64,000 nt of DNA. Source: an uncultured Gammaproteobacteria bacterium. Its GTDB lineage: Bacteria > Patescibacteriota > Microgenomatia > UBA1406 > GWC2-37-13. The translations under genes were made by a program, and so were the position numbers. The stretch is from contig CAYNFC010000007.1 of the NCBI GenBank assembly GCA_964396395.1, positions 299-64,298 of the forward strand, given 5' to 3'. The notes beneath the pieces were generated by a model. The model was not told the DNA's origin. It saw only the letters and a list, made by a program, of their open reading frames with translations, and did not search any database. Positions 17,715 to 27,042 of the stretch are shown in pieces. How positions within the stretch are numbered: position 1 is the stretch's first letter; each line of letters begins with the position of its first letter.

Positions 17715-18590
17715 TTAATCCAATCGATGCTTTGAGGTACGAATAAAAATCATAAATATTAAACCACCATATCCAAGTTGCCATATTATTGGCCGAAACA
17801 GAAAATATAATGGAAAAAAAACTACATAATAAATGGCTTTAAAGAGCCTTCTCAATATCACATTCTCGATTAAGGTAAAGTTGCCATCAAGATTTTTTTT
17901 GAAGTCTACGGTATCCTCATAAGTCTTCATAAACTTGAGTTTGTAACCTGTTTTTTTCATCATATTACTCAATGAGTTGGGTGTAAAAAAGTATTTATGA
18001 TCTGTAATCACCCACCAAGACCAATTTTTGCAAATTTTTGCCATTAAGCTGTTGTAATTTGGAGTTTGGATTACAATTATTCCCTTTTTGTCGAGACTAT
18101 TTTTTAATCTGACAATCGAGTTTACCGGATTTTTTAGGTGTTCGATTATGTCTATAAGCAGTATCAAATCATATTTATTTTTGTTTTTTTGGAAAAATAT
18201 ATCAAACGTATTTCTATAGACTTTTTTTTTGAATTTTCTTAAATAATAAAGTTGGTTTACCGGTTCAATTGCAGTAATATTAAATCTCTTTTCTGCAAAA
18301 ATTGAAGCAAATAATCCGAATCCGGCTCCAACGTCTAATAATTTACCCTTATCTTTATACCTTAATATTATTTCTGAAAGTAAAATAAATCTTTTTTTCA
18401 ATTTTGATTCTTCTTGTCTGTATTCTCCTAATGAATATTGGGTGTCTTTTGATATTCTGCTTTGCTTTGCCAATCCTACCTTATCCAGAAATCCCAATTG
18501 GCACGAAGAACAGACATAAATTTGAATTCCATCAACTTTTTTTAAATAATGAATGTTATTTACTTTGGAGCATAAGAGACATTTTTTCAT
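17715..18590 (-). CDS. class I SAM-dependent methyltransferase with N-terminal Cys4 zinc ribbon
   Basis: The ORF extends to 18608. MKKCLLCSK...YVCSSCQ forms a zinc ribbon. Motif I is LLDVGAGFGLF. A C-terminal TM segment is present. Confidence 0.7.
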   Translation of the reverse strand: MKKCLLCSKVNNIHYLKKVDGIQIYVCSSCQLGFLDKVGLAKQSRISKDTQYSLGEYRQEESKLKKRFILLSEIILRYKDKGKLLDVGAGFGLFASIFAEKRFNITAIEPVNQLYYLRKFKKKVYRNTFDIFFQKNKNKYDLILLIDIIEHLKNPVNSIVRLKNSLDKKGIIVIQTPNYNSLMAKICKNWSWWVITDHKYFFTPNSLSNMMKKTGYKLKFMKTYEDTVDFKKNLDGNFTLIENVILRRLFKAIYYVVFFPLYFLFRPIIWQLGYGGLIFMIFIRTSKHRLD

Positions 18591-18706
18591 TATAATATTA
18601 TATCTCATCTCATAGATGAAAGAAAAATCTCCACATATTTGTATTACTTATATGGAAGGAGGAAAAAATATGAATATAGACAATATTGAATGTATAATGT
18701 TAATAT

Positions 18707-19084
18707 ATGAAAACTAAAGTTGAAACGACTAAAGCACCAAAAGCTGTTGGACCATATTCACAGGCAGTGATGGTTGATGATTTTATTTTTACTTCCGGTC
18801 AGATTCATTTGACTCCTGAAGGTAAGCTTCTTGAAGGAACAATTGAAGAACAGACTCATCAGGTAATGAAAAATTTAAAAGCTGTTCTTGAAGCCGCCGG
18901 TGTTGCTTTTGCTGATGTAGTTAAAACAACTATTTATGTAATTAATATAGGTGATTATGGAAAGATTAATGAAGTTTATAGCAGCTATATGATAGAACCA
19001 TTTCCGGCCAGGGAAACAGTTTGTGTTAACGCTCTTCCTCTTGACGCCAGAGTAGAGATTAGTATGGTGGCGATAAAAAATTAA
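18707..19084 (+). CDS. ridA: RidA/YjgF family reactive-intermediate deaminase
   Basis: 125-aa ORF. APKAVGPYSQAV, GQI and the C-terminal PARETVCVNALPLDARVEI are hallmark RidA motifs. Confidence 0.9.
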   Translation: MKTKVETTKAPKAVGPYSQAVMVDDFIFTSGQIHLTPEGKLLEGTIEEQTHQVMKNLKAVLEAAGVAFADVVKTTIYVINIGDYGKINEVYSSYMIEPFPARETVCVNALPLDARVEISMVAIKN

Positions 19085-19118
19085 TAAGAAGAAATAAAAT
19101 ATTTGCTATACTTTAACA

Positions 19119-19766
19119 ATGATTTTTCTTTCTTTAAAAACTTATAAAGAATCAACTGGAAGTGCGGCGGTTAAATTATTATCTTGCGTTAAAAGAGTCA
19201 GTAAAGAAACAGGTGTAGAAATAATTCCCGCTGTTCAACCGACCGATATCTATAGAGTAAAAAAAGAATTAGGAATTGAAGTCTGGGCTCAGCATATGGA
19301 TCCAATTGAACCAGGGAAGAATATGGGCTGGCTCTCTCCATATGCTTTAAAGGAAGCCGGAGCTTCCGGTCTTGTCATTAATCACAGTGAACATAAAATG
19401 GATGACGATCATGTGAAAAAAATTTTGGATAAAGCCAAGGAATATGGATTAAAAAATGTTATCTGTGGCTTTAATATGGAAATGGTGATGAAATTTGACT
19501 CATGGAATCCTGACTATGTTTCTTACGAAAGAGAAGACATGATTGGTACGGGCGTATCAATGATTACTAAAGAAGCAGAAAATATAAAAAAATTAGTCTT
19601 AGTTCTGAAAAGGCCGCTTATAATTGGTGCAGGAATTTCAACGGGAGAAGACATTAGGCAGGCGAAGAAATTAGGAGCGGCAGGAGCAATACTTGCATCA
19701 GGTTTTGTTTTAGCCAAAGATCCAAAAGCCAAGCTTCGTGAACTTGCAGAGGGATTTAAAGTATAA
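19119..19766 (+). CDS. tpiA: triosephosphate isomerase, short archaeal type
   Basis: 215-aa ORF. LKTYKES, GLVINHSEHK and GAGIS.GEDI are characteristic of the roughly 220-aa archaeal-type TIM. Confidence 0.8.
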   Translation: MIFLSLKTYKESTGSAAVKLLSCVKRVSKETGVEIIPAVQPTDIYRVKKELGIEVWAQHMDPIEPGKNMGWLSPYALKEAGASGLVINHSEHKMDDDHVKKILDKAKEYGLKNVICGFNMEMVMKFDSWNPDYVSYEREDMIGTGVSMITKEAENIKKLVLVLKRPLIIGAGISTGEDIRQAKKLGAAGAILASGFVLAKDPKAKLRELAEGFKV

Positions 19767-19767
19767 G

Positions 19768-20025
19768 TTATCCGTGCTTCCTTTTTAAAATCATAAGAAA
19801 AAAAGCTCCTACAAAAAGAATAGAATTTGTTACCCAAATAAAAGGATCGCCTTTTAATAATCCATAAATCACCCATGATATTCCGTTTAACATTCCAATA
19901 ATAATTCCCATCCAAGAAAGATCACGTGTTTTTTTAGTTTTGAAAGAAGCCCAGACCTGAGGAAAAAATATCAAAGCGGCAAAAATTGATCCCAAATATC
20001 CAAATAATAATTCTAAGTTTTTCAT
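19768..20025 (-). CDS. SemiSWEET/PQ-loop family transporter
   Basis: The ORF extends to 20064. From MKNLELLFGY there are three TM helices with the PQ motif (FFPQVWASFKTKKT), about 86 aa in all. This is typical of a bacterial SemiSWEET. Confidence 0.75.
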   Translation of the reverse strand: MKNLELLFGYLGSIFAALIFFPQVWASFKTKKTRDLSWMGIIIGMLNGISWVIYGLLKGDPFIWVTNSILFVGAFFLMILKRKHG

Positions 20026-20093
20026 TAATGTATATATTATATCTATAAAAATATTTTTTATCATTTCACAAACTTATCTAACTATAAATAACC

Positions 20094-20121
20094 TATCTTG
20101 TCGACGATCGTCTATAAGATA
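20094..20121. repeat. 28-bp palindromic site, copy 4
   Basis: TATCTTGTCGA-CGATCG-TCTATAAGATA. Confidence 0.8.
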
Positions 20122-20278
20122 TATCTATCGATAAAAATATACTACTACAACAATCTAAATCTTCACTTTTGTAGGTTATAAGCGGTGGACATACTTAGTA
20201 TATAAAGTTATAAAGTCTATAAGGTTCTTTAAATAATAAAAAAATACAAAAATATAGCAATTAATTATGATAAACATT

Positions 20279-20306
20279 TATCTTGTGGACGATCGTACAT
20301 AAGATA
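20279..20306. repeat. 28-bp palindromic site, copy 5
   Basis: TATCTTGTGGA-CGATCG-TACATAAGATA. It ends 18 nt before the 20325 ATG, and its right edge runs into an ATAATT -10-like box. Confidence 0.8.
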
Positions 20307-20324
20307 ATAATTCAAATAAGATAT

Positions 20325-20912
20325 ATGGAAGAAAAGGAAATTAAGTTAAAACGGGGACAGTTATATTGGCATATCTTGGAGATCATAGGTCTAACTTTGA
20401 TATCGGCTGGCAATCCGCTTCGCCCAGTTATTCCTTTAGCCATAAAAGAAATTATTAAAACTCTTAAAGAAGTCAAAAATCTAAACGTTGAAGAAGAAAA
20501 AATTAAAAGAAGTTTAAAAAGCTTAGAGAGAAAAGAAATTATTGATCTAGAAGAAAAAGGTAATGAAGTTTTTGTCAGATTAAAAGATAAGAATAATTTA
20601 ACAGTAATAAAATATTCAACGAAAGCACTTTTAGATTTCAAAAGGAAAGAAAAAAATTGGAACGGCAAATGGTTTTTAGTTTTCTTTGATGTTCCAGAAA
20701 TTCAAAGGAATAAAAGAAATTATTTAAGAAAATTTCTCGTAGATATAGGATTTCATCAATATCAAAAAAGTATTTACATCTTTCCCTATGAATGCGAAAA
20801 GGAAATAGCACTGATTAAGAAAATTGTCGAGGGGGCAAAATATATGAAATATATAATTGCAGAAAAAATAGAGGACGAAAAAACAGTAAAATCTTTCTTC
20901 AAATTAGGATAA
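20325..20912 (+). CDS. PaaX-family-like regulator with Cas2/VapD-fold-like C-terminal half
   Basis: The ORF track starts at 20283, but an ATG at 20325 (MEEKEIKLKRG) is preferred. The N-terminal half is winged-helix-like. The C-terminal KWFLVFFDVPE...R..LRKFL.DIGFHQYQKSIYIFP matches the PaaX_C/Cas2-like beta-alpha-beta-beta-alpha-beta signature. Confidence 0.55.
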   Translation: MEEKEIKLKRGQLYWHILEIIGLTLISAGNPLRPVIPLAIKEIIKTLKEVKNLNVEEEKIKRSLKSLERKEIIDLEEKGNEVFVRLKDKNNLTVIKYSTKALLDFKRKEKNWNGKWFLVFFDVPEIQRNKRNYLRKFLVDIGFHQYQKSIYIFPYECEKEIALIKKIVEGAKYMKYIIAEKIEDEKTVKSFFKLG

Positions 20913-20954
20913 TAATATTATCTTCAATTTTTTTTTATGTTATTAGTAATAATG

Positions 20955-20982
20955 TATCTTGTAGACGACCGTCTTGAAGATA
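20955..20982. repeat. 28-bp palindromic site, copy 6
   Basis: TATCTTGTAGA-CGACCG-TCTTGAAGATA. Lies 43 nt downstream of the 20912 stop. Confidence 0.8.
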
Positions 20983-21018
20983 AAGAATAAAAACTTGATT
21001 TTTTAAAAAAGTGATTTT

Positions 21019-21050
21019 AGTCTAGATTCCCGCCTTCGCGGGAATAACAC
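21019..21050. repeat. GC-rich REP-like hairpin element
   Basis: agtctagATTCCCGCcttcGCGGGAATaacac, between convergent genes. Same family as 31687, 37113, 49283 and 49336. Confidence 0.8.
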
Positions 21051-21078
21051 TTGTGATTCTAAGTAGCGATCCCTTTAT

Positions 21079-21702
21079 TTATAAAAAAATAAGGGCGAAG
21101 ATTCCTGAAGATAACCCGAGTAAGATTCCGCCTATAACGTCGGTTGGCCAATGTTCTCCGAGAGAAATCCGGGAAACGAGCATTAATCCGTTAACGATGA
21201 ATAGTAAAGAATTAAAGAAAATTTTATTTGAATTACTAATCTTCATTTTGTTGATAAGATAAGAAATTATTACTGAAACGAAAATTACTCTCAAGCTATG
21301 GCCGGATGGATAAGAAGATCCCGGTTGAACATATGATGAAGGAAAAAGAAAATCCAAATTATATCTAAAAAATAAGAATGGTGGTCCGGGATGGTTCATC
21401 AATGACTTACCGATTAATTCAATAATATGTGCCCCGACCAAAGGAATAAAGATCAAAAAAGATAGTATTTTTCTTCTGAAAAGAGCAATAAAAAATAAAA
21501 AACCAGCTAATATTTCAAAACTTCCAACGAGGCTAAAAAAAGACAAGAAAGAATCATATTTTATTGAAATATGATTTTGTAATCTAACCGTTGTATTAAA
21601 GTCAAAACTATTTAATAGTTCCTTTTTAACAACGAAAGTAAAAAAGGCAAAAACAAAAAAGAAAAATAAACTTATCAAAATCAAAATGATTTTTTTTCTC
21701 AT
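21079..21702 (-). CDS. PAP2-family phosphatase (membrane)
   Basis: 207-aa polytopic ORF with PAP2 motifs SYPSGHS and SRISLGEHWPTDVIGG. Confidence 0.85.
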   Translation of the reverse strand: MRKKIILILISLFFFFVFAFFTFVVKKELLNSFDFNTTVRLQNHISIKYDSFLSFFSLVGSFEILAGFLFFIALFRRKILSFLIFIPLVGAHIIELIGKSLMNHPGPPFLFFRYNLDFLFPSSYVQPGSSYPSGHSLRVIFVSVIISYLINKMKISNSNKIFFNSLLFIVNGLMLVSRISLGEHWPTDVIGGILLGLSSGIFALIFL

Positions 21703-21756
21703 TATTAAATCATTATATCAGCTTATTTTTTGATAGAATAGAGATAGGAAAATAAA

Positions 21757-21830
21757 CGGAGCGTAGCTCAGATGGCTAGAGCGCAGCGTTTGGGACGCTG
21801 AGGCCGCGAGTTCAAGTCCCGCCGCTCCGA
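21757..21830 (+). tRNA. tRNA-Pro (TGG)
   Basis: 74-nt cloverleaf. Acceptor CGGAGCG/CGCTCCG, D arm GCTC-AGATGGCTA-GAGC, anticodon loop TTTGGGA, T arm GCGAG-TTCAAGT-CCCGC with one A-C mismatch. Confidence 0.85.
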
Positions 21831-21836
21831 CACTTT

Positions 21837-22154
21837 ATGAAAAAAATTAAAACCCCATGGGGTTATGTTACTCCGTTCGGCGTCGCAGAAGGTTTTGAGG
21901 GATCTATTTTAGTTATTCTTCTGGGAAAGGAGATTAAACCTCATTTTCATCGAAAAACATTTGAATATGAAGTGATTCTTGCTGGAAGAGGATTAGCCAA
22001 TGGTAAGAAAGTGATTAAGGGTGATTTCAGATCATGGAGACTTAATCAAATTCACGGATATATAAATAATGGAAAAAAAGAACTTAAAATATTTTGCATT
22101 ACTCAACCTCCTTATAATCCTTCAGACGACATATTAGTAGAAAATAAAACTTAA
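21837..22154 (+). CDS. cupin domain protein
   Basis: 105-aa ORF. IKPHFHRKTFEYEVILAG and the later HGYINNG fit the two cupin motifs. Confidence 0.6.
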   Translation: MKKIKTPWGYVTPFGVAEGFEGSILVILLGKEIKPHFHRKTFEYEVILAGRGLANGKKVIKGDFRSWRLNQIHGYINNGKKELKIFCITQPPYNPSDDILVENKT

Positions 22155-22170
22155 ACTAATATAAAACATT

Positions 22171-22563
22171 ATGAAAAAAATTATTATTCCAATTTTATTA
22201 ATATTTTTGGTTTTTCTTATCTATTTTTTATCAAATAGAAATAATTCGTTAATAAATTACAAACTTAACAATAAAACCTATAAACTCCTAACTGCTAAAA
22301 ATAGCAGCGAATGGCAAAAAGGACTAATGTTTTACAAAAATAAATCAGAACTCAAAGGAGCCGACGGAATGATTTTTATTTTTCCTGATAAACAAATAAG
22401 AAGTTTTTGGAATAAAAATACCTATTTGGATTTAGATTTATATTGGATAAATGATGAAGAAGTGGTTGGGAAAAGTTTTTTACCAAGCATAAATAAGAGT
22501 AAGGAAACTACAACTGTTAGTTCTCCAAAAATCGTCAATAAAGTAGTAGAAATTGTTCAATAA
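22171..22563 (+). CDS. DUF192 family protein
   Basis: 130-aa ORF with an N-terminal TM helix. GLMFYKN...GMIFIF...FWNKNTYLDLDLYWI matches the DUF192 (COG1430) pattern. Confidence 0.7.
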   Translation: MKKIIIPILLIFLVFLIYFLSNRNNSLINYKLNNKTYKLLTAKNSSEWQKGLMFYKNKSELKGADGMIFIFPDKQIRSFWNKNTYLDLDLYWINDEEVVGKSFLPSINKSKETTTVSSPKIVNKVVEIVQ

Positions 22564-23745
22564 TTATCTTTTTAATGCCTCAATTCCCGGCAGGGTTCCT
22601 TTCTCAATAAACTCAAGCATCGCTCCTCCGCCGGTTGAGATGTGAGTAATTTTATCCAAGTATTCTTTTTTTGAAATGGCGGCCAGTGTGTCTCCGCCGC
22701 CAACAATCGAGATAGCTTGATCGTTATGAGTGATTGAATAATAAATAAAATCAGTTCCTCTTTTAAAAGTTGGATTTTCGAAATATCCTACAGGTCCATT
22801 CCAGATTATTGTTTTTGCTTTAGAAATAATAGCGCCAAATTTTGCTTTTGTTTCCGGACCAATGTCGAAGATAGATTTATTTGGAGGTATATTTTCAATT
22901 TTTACTACCTCACTCTCTCGATCTTCTTTTGTAGTTGCCACAACTGCATCAACCGGTAAAACAAGAAAAGCCCTGTTTTTTTTGGATAAAGAAAGCAGTC
23001 TTCTTGCTTGTTGAACTGCTTCATATTCACAAAAACTATTACCGATTTCATGTCCTTGAGCACTAATGAAAGTATTTGCTAGACCGCCACCAATAATTAG
23101 GTAATCAACAATTTTAATCAATTTATTAATCAACCCAACTTTAGTTGAAACTTTTACTCCTCCGATAATCGCAACAACTGGTTTTTTAGGTTTGTTAATA
23201 ACTTGAGATATTATTGCTAATTCTTTTTTAAGAAGAAGTCCTCCATATGAAGGAATAAACTTTGGCGGTCCAATGACTGAGGTATCAGATCGGTGACAAA
23301 CCGCGAAAGCATCATTCACATAAATATCCGCCAGAGAAGAAAGTTGTTTTGCAAATATTGTTGAATAATCTTTTTCTTTTGGATAAAAACGAATATTTTC
23401 CAAAACTAAAATTTCTTTACTGGTTTGTTTTGTAAATACTCTTTTATCCGTGGACAGAAAGTTATCAACCAAAGTAATTTTATAATCAGGCAGATATTCA
23501 CGAAGCCTTTTGATAACAGTCATTAATGATAGTTTTGGATCCCGGGTTTTTGGACGATCCAGTTTGGCCACACAAATAAGTCGATTATTATTTTTTAAAA
23601 GATACTTTATGGTGGGAAGATTTTTTTGAATCCGAACATCATCAGCAATGGTTTGATCAGGGTTTAAAGAAACATCAAAATCAACCCTAAGAAGAATAGT
23701 TTTATTTTTGATTTCGACTTCGTCGATGTAAGTTATTTTAGACAT
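22564..23745 (-). CDS. pgk: phosphoglycerate kinase
   Basis: 393-aa ORF. LLRVDFDV, the N-terminal domain R..KLDRP, and C-terminal GGGDT and STGGGA motifs. Confidence 0.95.
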   Translation of the reverse strand: MSKITYIDEVEIKNKTILLRVDFDVSLNPDQTIADDVRIQKNLPTIKYLLKNNNRLICVAKLDRPKTRDPKLSLMTVIKRLREYLPDYKITLVDNFLSTDKRVFTKQTSKEILVLENIRFYPKEKDYSTIFAKQLSSLADIYVNDAFAVCHRSDTSVIGPPKFIPSYGGLLLKKELAIISQVINKPKKPVVAIIGGVKVSTKVGLINKLIKIVDYLIIGGGLANTFISAQGHEIGNSFCEYEAVQQARRLLSLSKKNRAFLVLPVDAVVATTKEDRESEVVKIENIPPNKSIFDIGPETKAKFGAIISKAKTIIWNGPVGYFENPTFKRGTDFIYYSITHNDQAISIVGGGDTLAAISKKEYLDKITHISTGGGAMLEFIEKGTLPGIEALKR

Positions 23746-24745
23746 ATTGAGCTAATCGTTCAACGAGGTCAACGAGCCTTGTAGAATAACCCCATTCATT
23801 ATCATACCAGCCAAAGATTTTTACTAAATTTCCGTTGACAATTTTAGTGTAATTAGCGTCAAAAATACAAGAATAAGGAGACCCAATAAAATCAGAAGAA
23901 ACTAAGATTCTATCTTCATAACCTAATATTCCCTTCATTTTACTTTCTGATACTTCTTTAAATTTTTTATTTACTTCTTCAACAGTGGTTGGTTTTTCCA
24001 CAATGATTGAAATATCAGTGATAGATCCTGTTGCCACTGGAACACGAAGAGACATGCCGTCGACTTTCCCTTTTAACTCAGGGATGACTTTAGCAACAGC
24101 TTTAGCCGCTCCCGTTGTTGACGGAATAATATTTATAAAAGCGGCTCTTGACCCACCCGGGTTTTTCCCGGCATCATCAAGTAATTTTTGACTGATTGTC
24201 ATTGCGTGGATCGTGGTCAAAAAACCTGAGATAACTTTAAAATTATCATTAATTACTTTAAACATCGGGGCGGAACAGTTTGTTGTGCAGGAAGCATTTG
24301 ATATAACTGTTGCTTTTTTGAAATCAAATTTATCGTCATTAACACCAAGAACAATAAAAGGGGTTTCCTCATCCTTGGCGGGGGATGTTAAAATGACTTT
24401 TTTCACAGAACCTTTTAGATGCTTTTCCAAATCAACTTTTTTTGTAAAACTACCCGTAGCGTCAACGACTACGTTTACTCCATATTTATCCCAAGGAATA
24501 TTTTCGGGTCGGTCGTTGAGTAGAGTTAATATCTTTTTACCATTGACAGAAATTCCATCAGATTCTTCTTTAACTTCCATTCCAAATCTTCTATAAACAG
24601 AATCATAAGAAAGCAAATAAGCCATAATCGAAGTTGACGTTTTTCTGGTATTTATTGCCACAATTTCAAATTTATTCCGGGTCAAGGCAATTCTGGTAAA
24701 AGCCCGACCGATTCTGCCGAAACCATTTAAACCGACCTTAATCAT
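23738..24745 (-). CDS. gap: glyceraldehyde-3-phosphate dehydrogenase
   Basis: 335-aa ORF. GLNGFGRIGR and the active site SNASCTTNC. WYDNEWGYS near the C-terminus. Confidence 0.95.
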   Translation of the reverse strand: MIKVGLNGFGRIGRAFTRIALTRNKFEIVAINTRKTSTSIMAYLLSYDSVYRRFGMEVKEESDGISVNGKKILTLLNDRPENIPWDKYGVNVVVDATGSFTKKVDLEKHLKGSVKKVILTSPAKDEETPFIVLGVNDDKFDFKKATVISNASCTTNCSAPMFKVINDNFKVISGFLTTIHAMTISQKLLDDAGKNPGGSRAAFINIIPSTTGAAKAVAKVIPELKGKVDGMSLRVPVATGSITDISIIVEKPTTVEEVNKKFKEVSESKMKGILGYEDRILVSSDFIGSPYSCIFDANYTKIVNGNLVKIFGWYDNEWGYSTRLVDLVERLAQYV

Positions 24746-24757
24746 AGAAATTAGTTG

Positions 24758-25702
24758 TTATTTATAATAATGATGATGCGTAGTGACGTAGCGAACTGTA
24801 CCAGATATTCCTCGAATGACTATCGAATGTGTAATAGCTTTATTTTTTTCAAAGACAACTCCATTAAGAAGAGGGCCATCAATAACGCCGGTAGCCGTAA
24901 AAGTTAATTCTTTTCCATGAGCCAGATCCTCAGCAGTAAAAATTTTATCTATATTTTTAACACCGGCCGCTTTAATTTTTGGAATATCAGCTTCTTTTTT
25001 AGGTTTAAACTGACATAAAATTTCCCCACCTAATATTTTTACAGGTACGGCCGCCAAGACCGCCTCAGTTGATCCGCCAATTCCCATCAGCAAATCAATT
25101 CCTGATTCCGGAAAACAAGTAGCAATGGCAGCGGCAACGTCGCCGTCAGTAATAAGTCTAACGCGAGCACCAGCATCACGGACTTCTTTGATTAAATCAG
25201 CATGTCTTTCCCGGTCCAGAATAACAACCGTGATATCTTCAACTTTTTTACTCATCGCTTTAGCGGTTTTTTCGATATTTATTTTAACGGAGGCTTCCAA
25301 ATTAATTGCTTTTTTGCCAAGCGGGCCAACAGCAATTTTTTTCATGTAAGTATCGGGAGCGTGAAGAAGACTGCCTTTTGGGCCTGATGCAATCACGGTT
25401 GTGGCATTATATCTTCCATAAGCAACACTTTCCGTACATTCAAGAGGATCGATCGCCAAATCCATCGTCGGACCTTTTTTTGTCCCGACCTTTTCTCCGG
25501 TGTAAAGCATCGGCGCCTCGTCTTTTTCTCCCTCACCGATGACAACCGTTCCGGAAAAATTAATCAGATTAAAACGAGATCTCATCGCATTGACGGCGGC
25601 TCCATCGGCTTTATTTTTATCTCCCCGGCCAATCCAATGAGCGGCTTCAATAGCAGCCGCTTCCGTAACTCGAACGAATTCAAGAGCTAAGTTTCTATCC
25701 AT
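24758..25702 (-). CDS. glpX: class II fructose-1,6-bisphosphatase (GlpX type)
   Basis: 314-aa ORF. LALEFVRVTEAAAIEAA...GRGDKN.ADGAAV and IGEGEKDEAPML are GlpX hallmarks. Confidence 0.9.
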   Translation of the reverse strand: MDRNLALEFVRVTEAAAIEAAHWIGRGDKNKADGAAVNAMRSRFNLINFSGTVVIGEGEKDEAPMLYTGEKVGTKKGPTMDLAIDPLECTESVAYGRYNATTVIASGPKGSLLHAPDTYMKKIAVGPLGKKAINLEASVKINIEKTAKAMSKKVEDITVVILDRERHADLIKEVRDAGARVRLITDGDVAAAIATCFPESGIDLLMGIGGSTEAVLAAVPVKILGGEILCQFKPKKEADIPKIKAAGVKNIDKIFTAEDLAHGKELTFTATGVIDGPLLNGVVFEKNKAITHSIVIRGISGTVRYVTTHHHYYK

Positions 25703-25795
25703 GATTCAGTATTGATAATATACTAAATAAACTTGTGTTTGTCTATTTAATAATGATAAAATATTTTTTGATTGTTATTAGTTAATTTTATATAT

Positions 25796-26806
25796 ATGGT
25801 TACTAATCAAACAGACGGAAACGTTTTGTCTAAAGTTGCGCATGAATTGGTAGCCCCACGGAAAGGAATATTAGCGGCTGATGAAAGTACCGGGACAATG
25901 AAGAAGAGATTGGATGCAATTAGAGTTGAGGCTACCCCGGAAAATCGCTCAATGTGGCGAGAAATTATGGCCGAAGCTCAAGGAATTGAAGAAGCAATAA
26001 GTGGGGTAATACTATTTGATGAAACGCTACGTCAACCTTTACCAAACGGAAAAATAATTGCCGATTTACTTAAATCAAAAAATATTCATCCCGGAATCAA
26101 AGTTGATGCCGGTGTGGTCAAAATTAATGAACAAGGAGAAAGCTTTACCCAGGGTTTGGACAAGCTGGGAGAAAGGTTACTGGAGTATAAAAATATGGGA
26201 ACGGCTTTTACCAAATGGAGAGCAGTGTATAAAATTGGCGAAAAAATGCCTTCAACAGCGGCGATTGTGGCAAATTCTATTGGATTAGCTGAATATGCCC
26301 TTCTTTCCCAAAAGGCCGGATTGGTGCCGATCGTTGAACCGGAAATATTGGTTTTGGAAGGAAGCCATGATGTTAATAAGAGTAAAGATATAACTTTAAA
26401 AGTCCTTAAAGACGTATTTTATTGGTTAAAAGAGTTTGGAGTACTTTTTTCCGGAATGCTATTAAAACCAAACATGGTTCTTCCGGGGAAAGATTCGCAA
26501 AAAAAGTCAACCGCAGAAGAAATCGCCCGTTTGACTGTCGAGACATTAAAAGAAACCGTTCCGACCGAAGTCCCGGGAATTGTCTTTTTATCAGGTGGTT
26601 TGACTCCTGATCAATCAACTGAATATTTAAAAACAATGAATGCAATGTTTAAAGATCTACCTTGGCAGTTAAGTTATTCGTTTGGTCGGGCATTACAACA
26701 GGAAGCTTTACAGGCATGGATGGGAAAACCGGAAAATGTTAAAGCGACCCAAGATATTTTTATGGTTCGAACTAAAAAAGTATCAAGTGCGAGAGACGGG
26801 ATCTAA
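25796..26806 (+). CDS. fba: class I fructose-bisphosphate aldolase
   Basis: The ORF track starts at a TTG (25772), but the ATG at 25796 is preferred. [13 protein letters not shown] and LLKPNMV (Schiff-base Lys region) are typical of class I FBA. Confidence 0.85.
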   Translation: MVTNQTDGNVLSKVAHELVAPRKGILAADESTGTMKKRLDAIRVEATPENRSMWREIMAEAQGIEEAISGVILFDETLRQPLPNGKIIADLLKSKNIHPGIKVDAGVVKINEQGESFTQGLDKLGERLLEYKNMGTAFTKWRAVYKIGEKMPSTAAIVANSIGLAEYALLSQKAGLVPIVEPEILVLEGSHDVNKSKDITLKVLKDVFYWLKEFGVLFSGMLLKPNMVLPGKDSQKKSTAEEIARLTVETLKETVPTEVPGIVFLSGGLTPDQSTEYLKTMNAMFKDLPWQLSYSFGRALQQEALQAWMGKPENVKATQDIFMVRTKKVSSARDGI

Positions 26807-27025
26807 ACCACCTTTGCTCCACGGGTGGCAGCGGACGATTCTTTTTATTCCAATAATTAATCCTTTAAAAGCTCCATATTTTTCAACTGCTTGATAAATA
26901 TATTCCGAACAGGTTGGAGTAAAACGACAAGCTTGGTCGGTTAAAAATAATTGCCGGGCAACGGCTCCATGAAAAAACCGGGTTTTTTGATAAAAACGGA
27001 TAAACTTAAGAATAACTGTTTTCAT
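26783..27025 (-). CDS. yidD: membrane protein insertion efficiency factor YidD
   Basis: 80-aa ORF. FIRFYQK...[10 protein letters not shown]...[13 protein letters not shown] is the YidD signature. Confidence 0.9.
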   Translation of the reverse strand: MKTVILKFIRFYQKTRFFHGAVARQLFLTDQACRFTPTCSEYIYQAVEKYGAFKGLIIGIKRIVRCHPWSKGGLDPVSRT

Positions 27026-27042
27026 ATTGTTATAATTTTACT

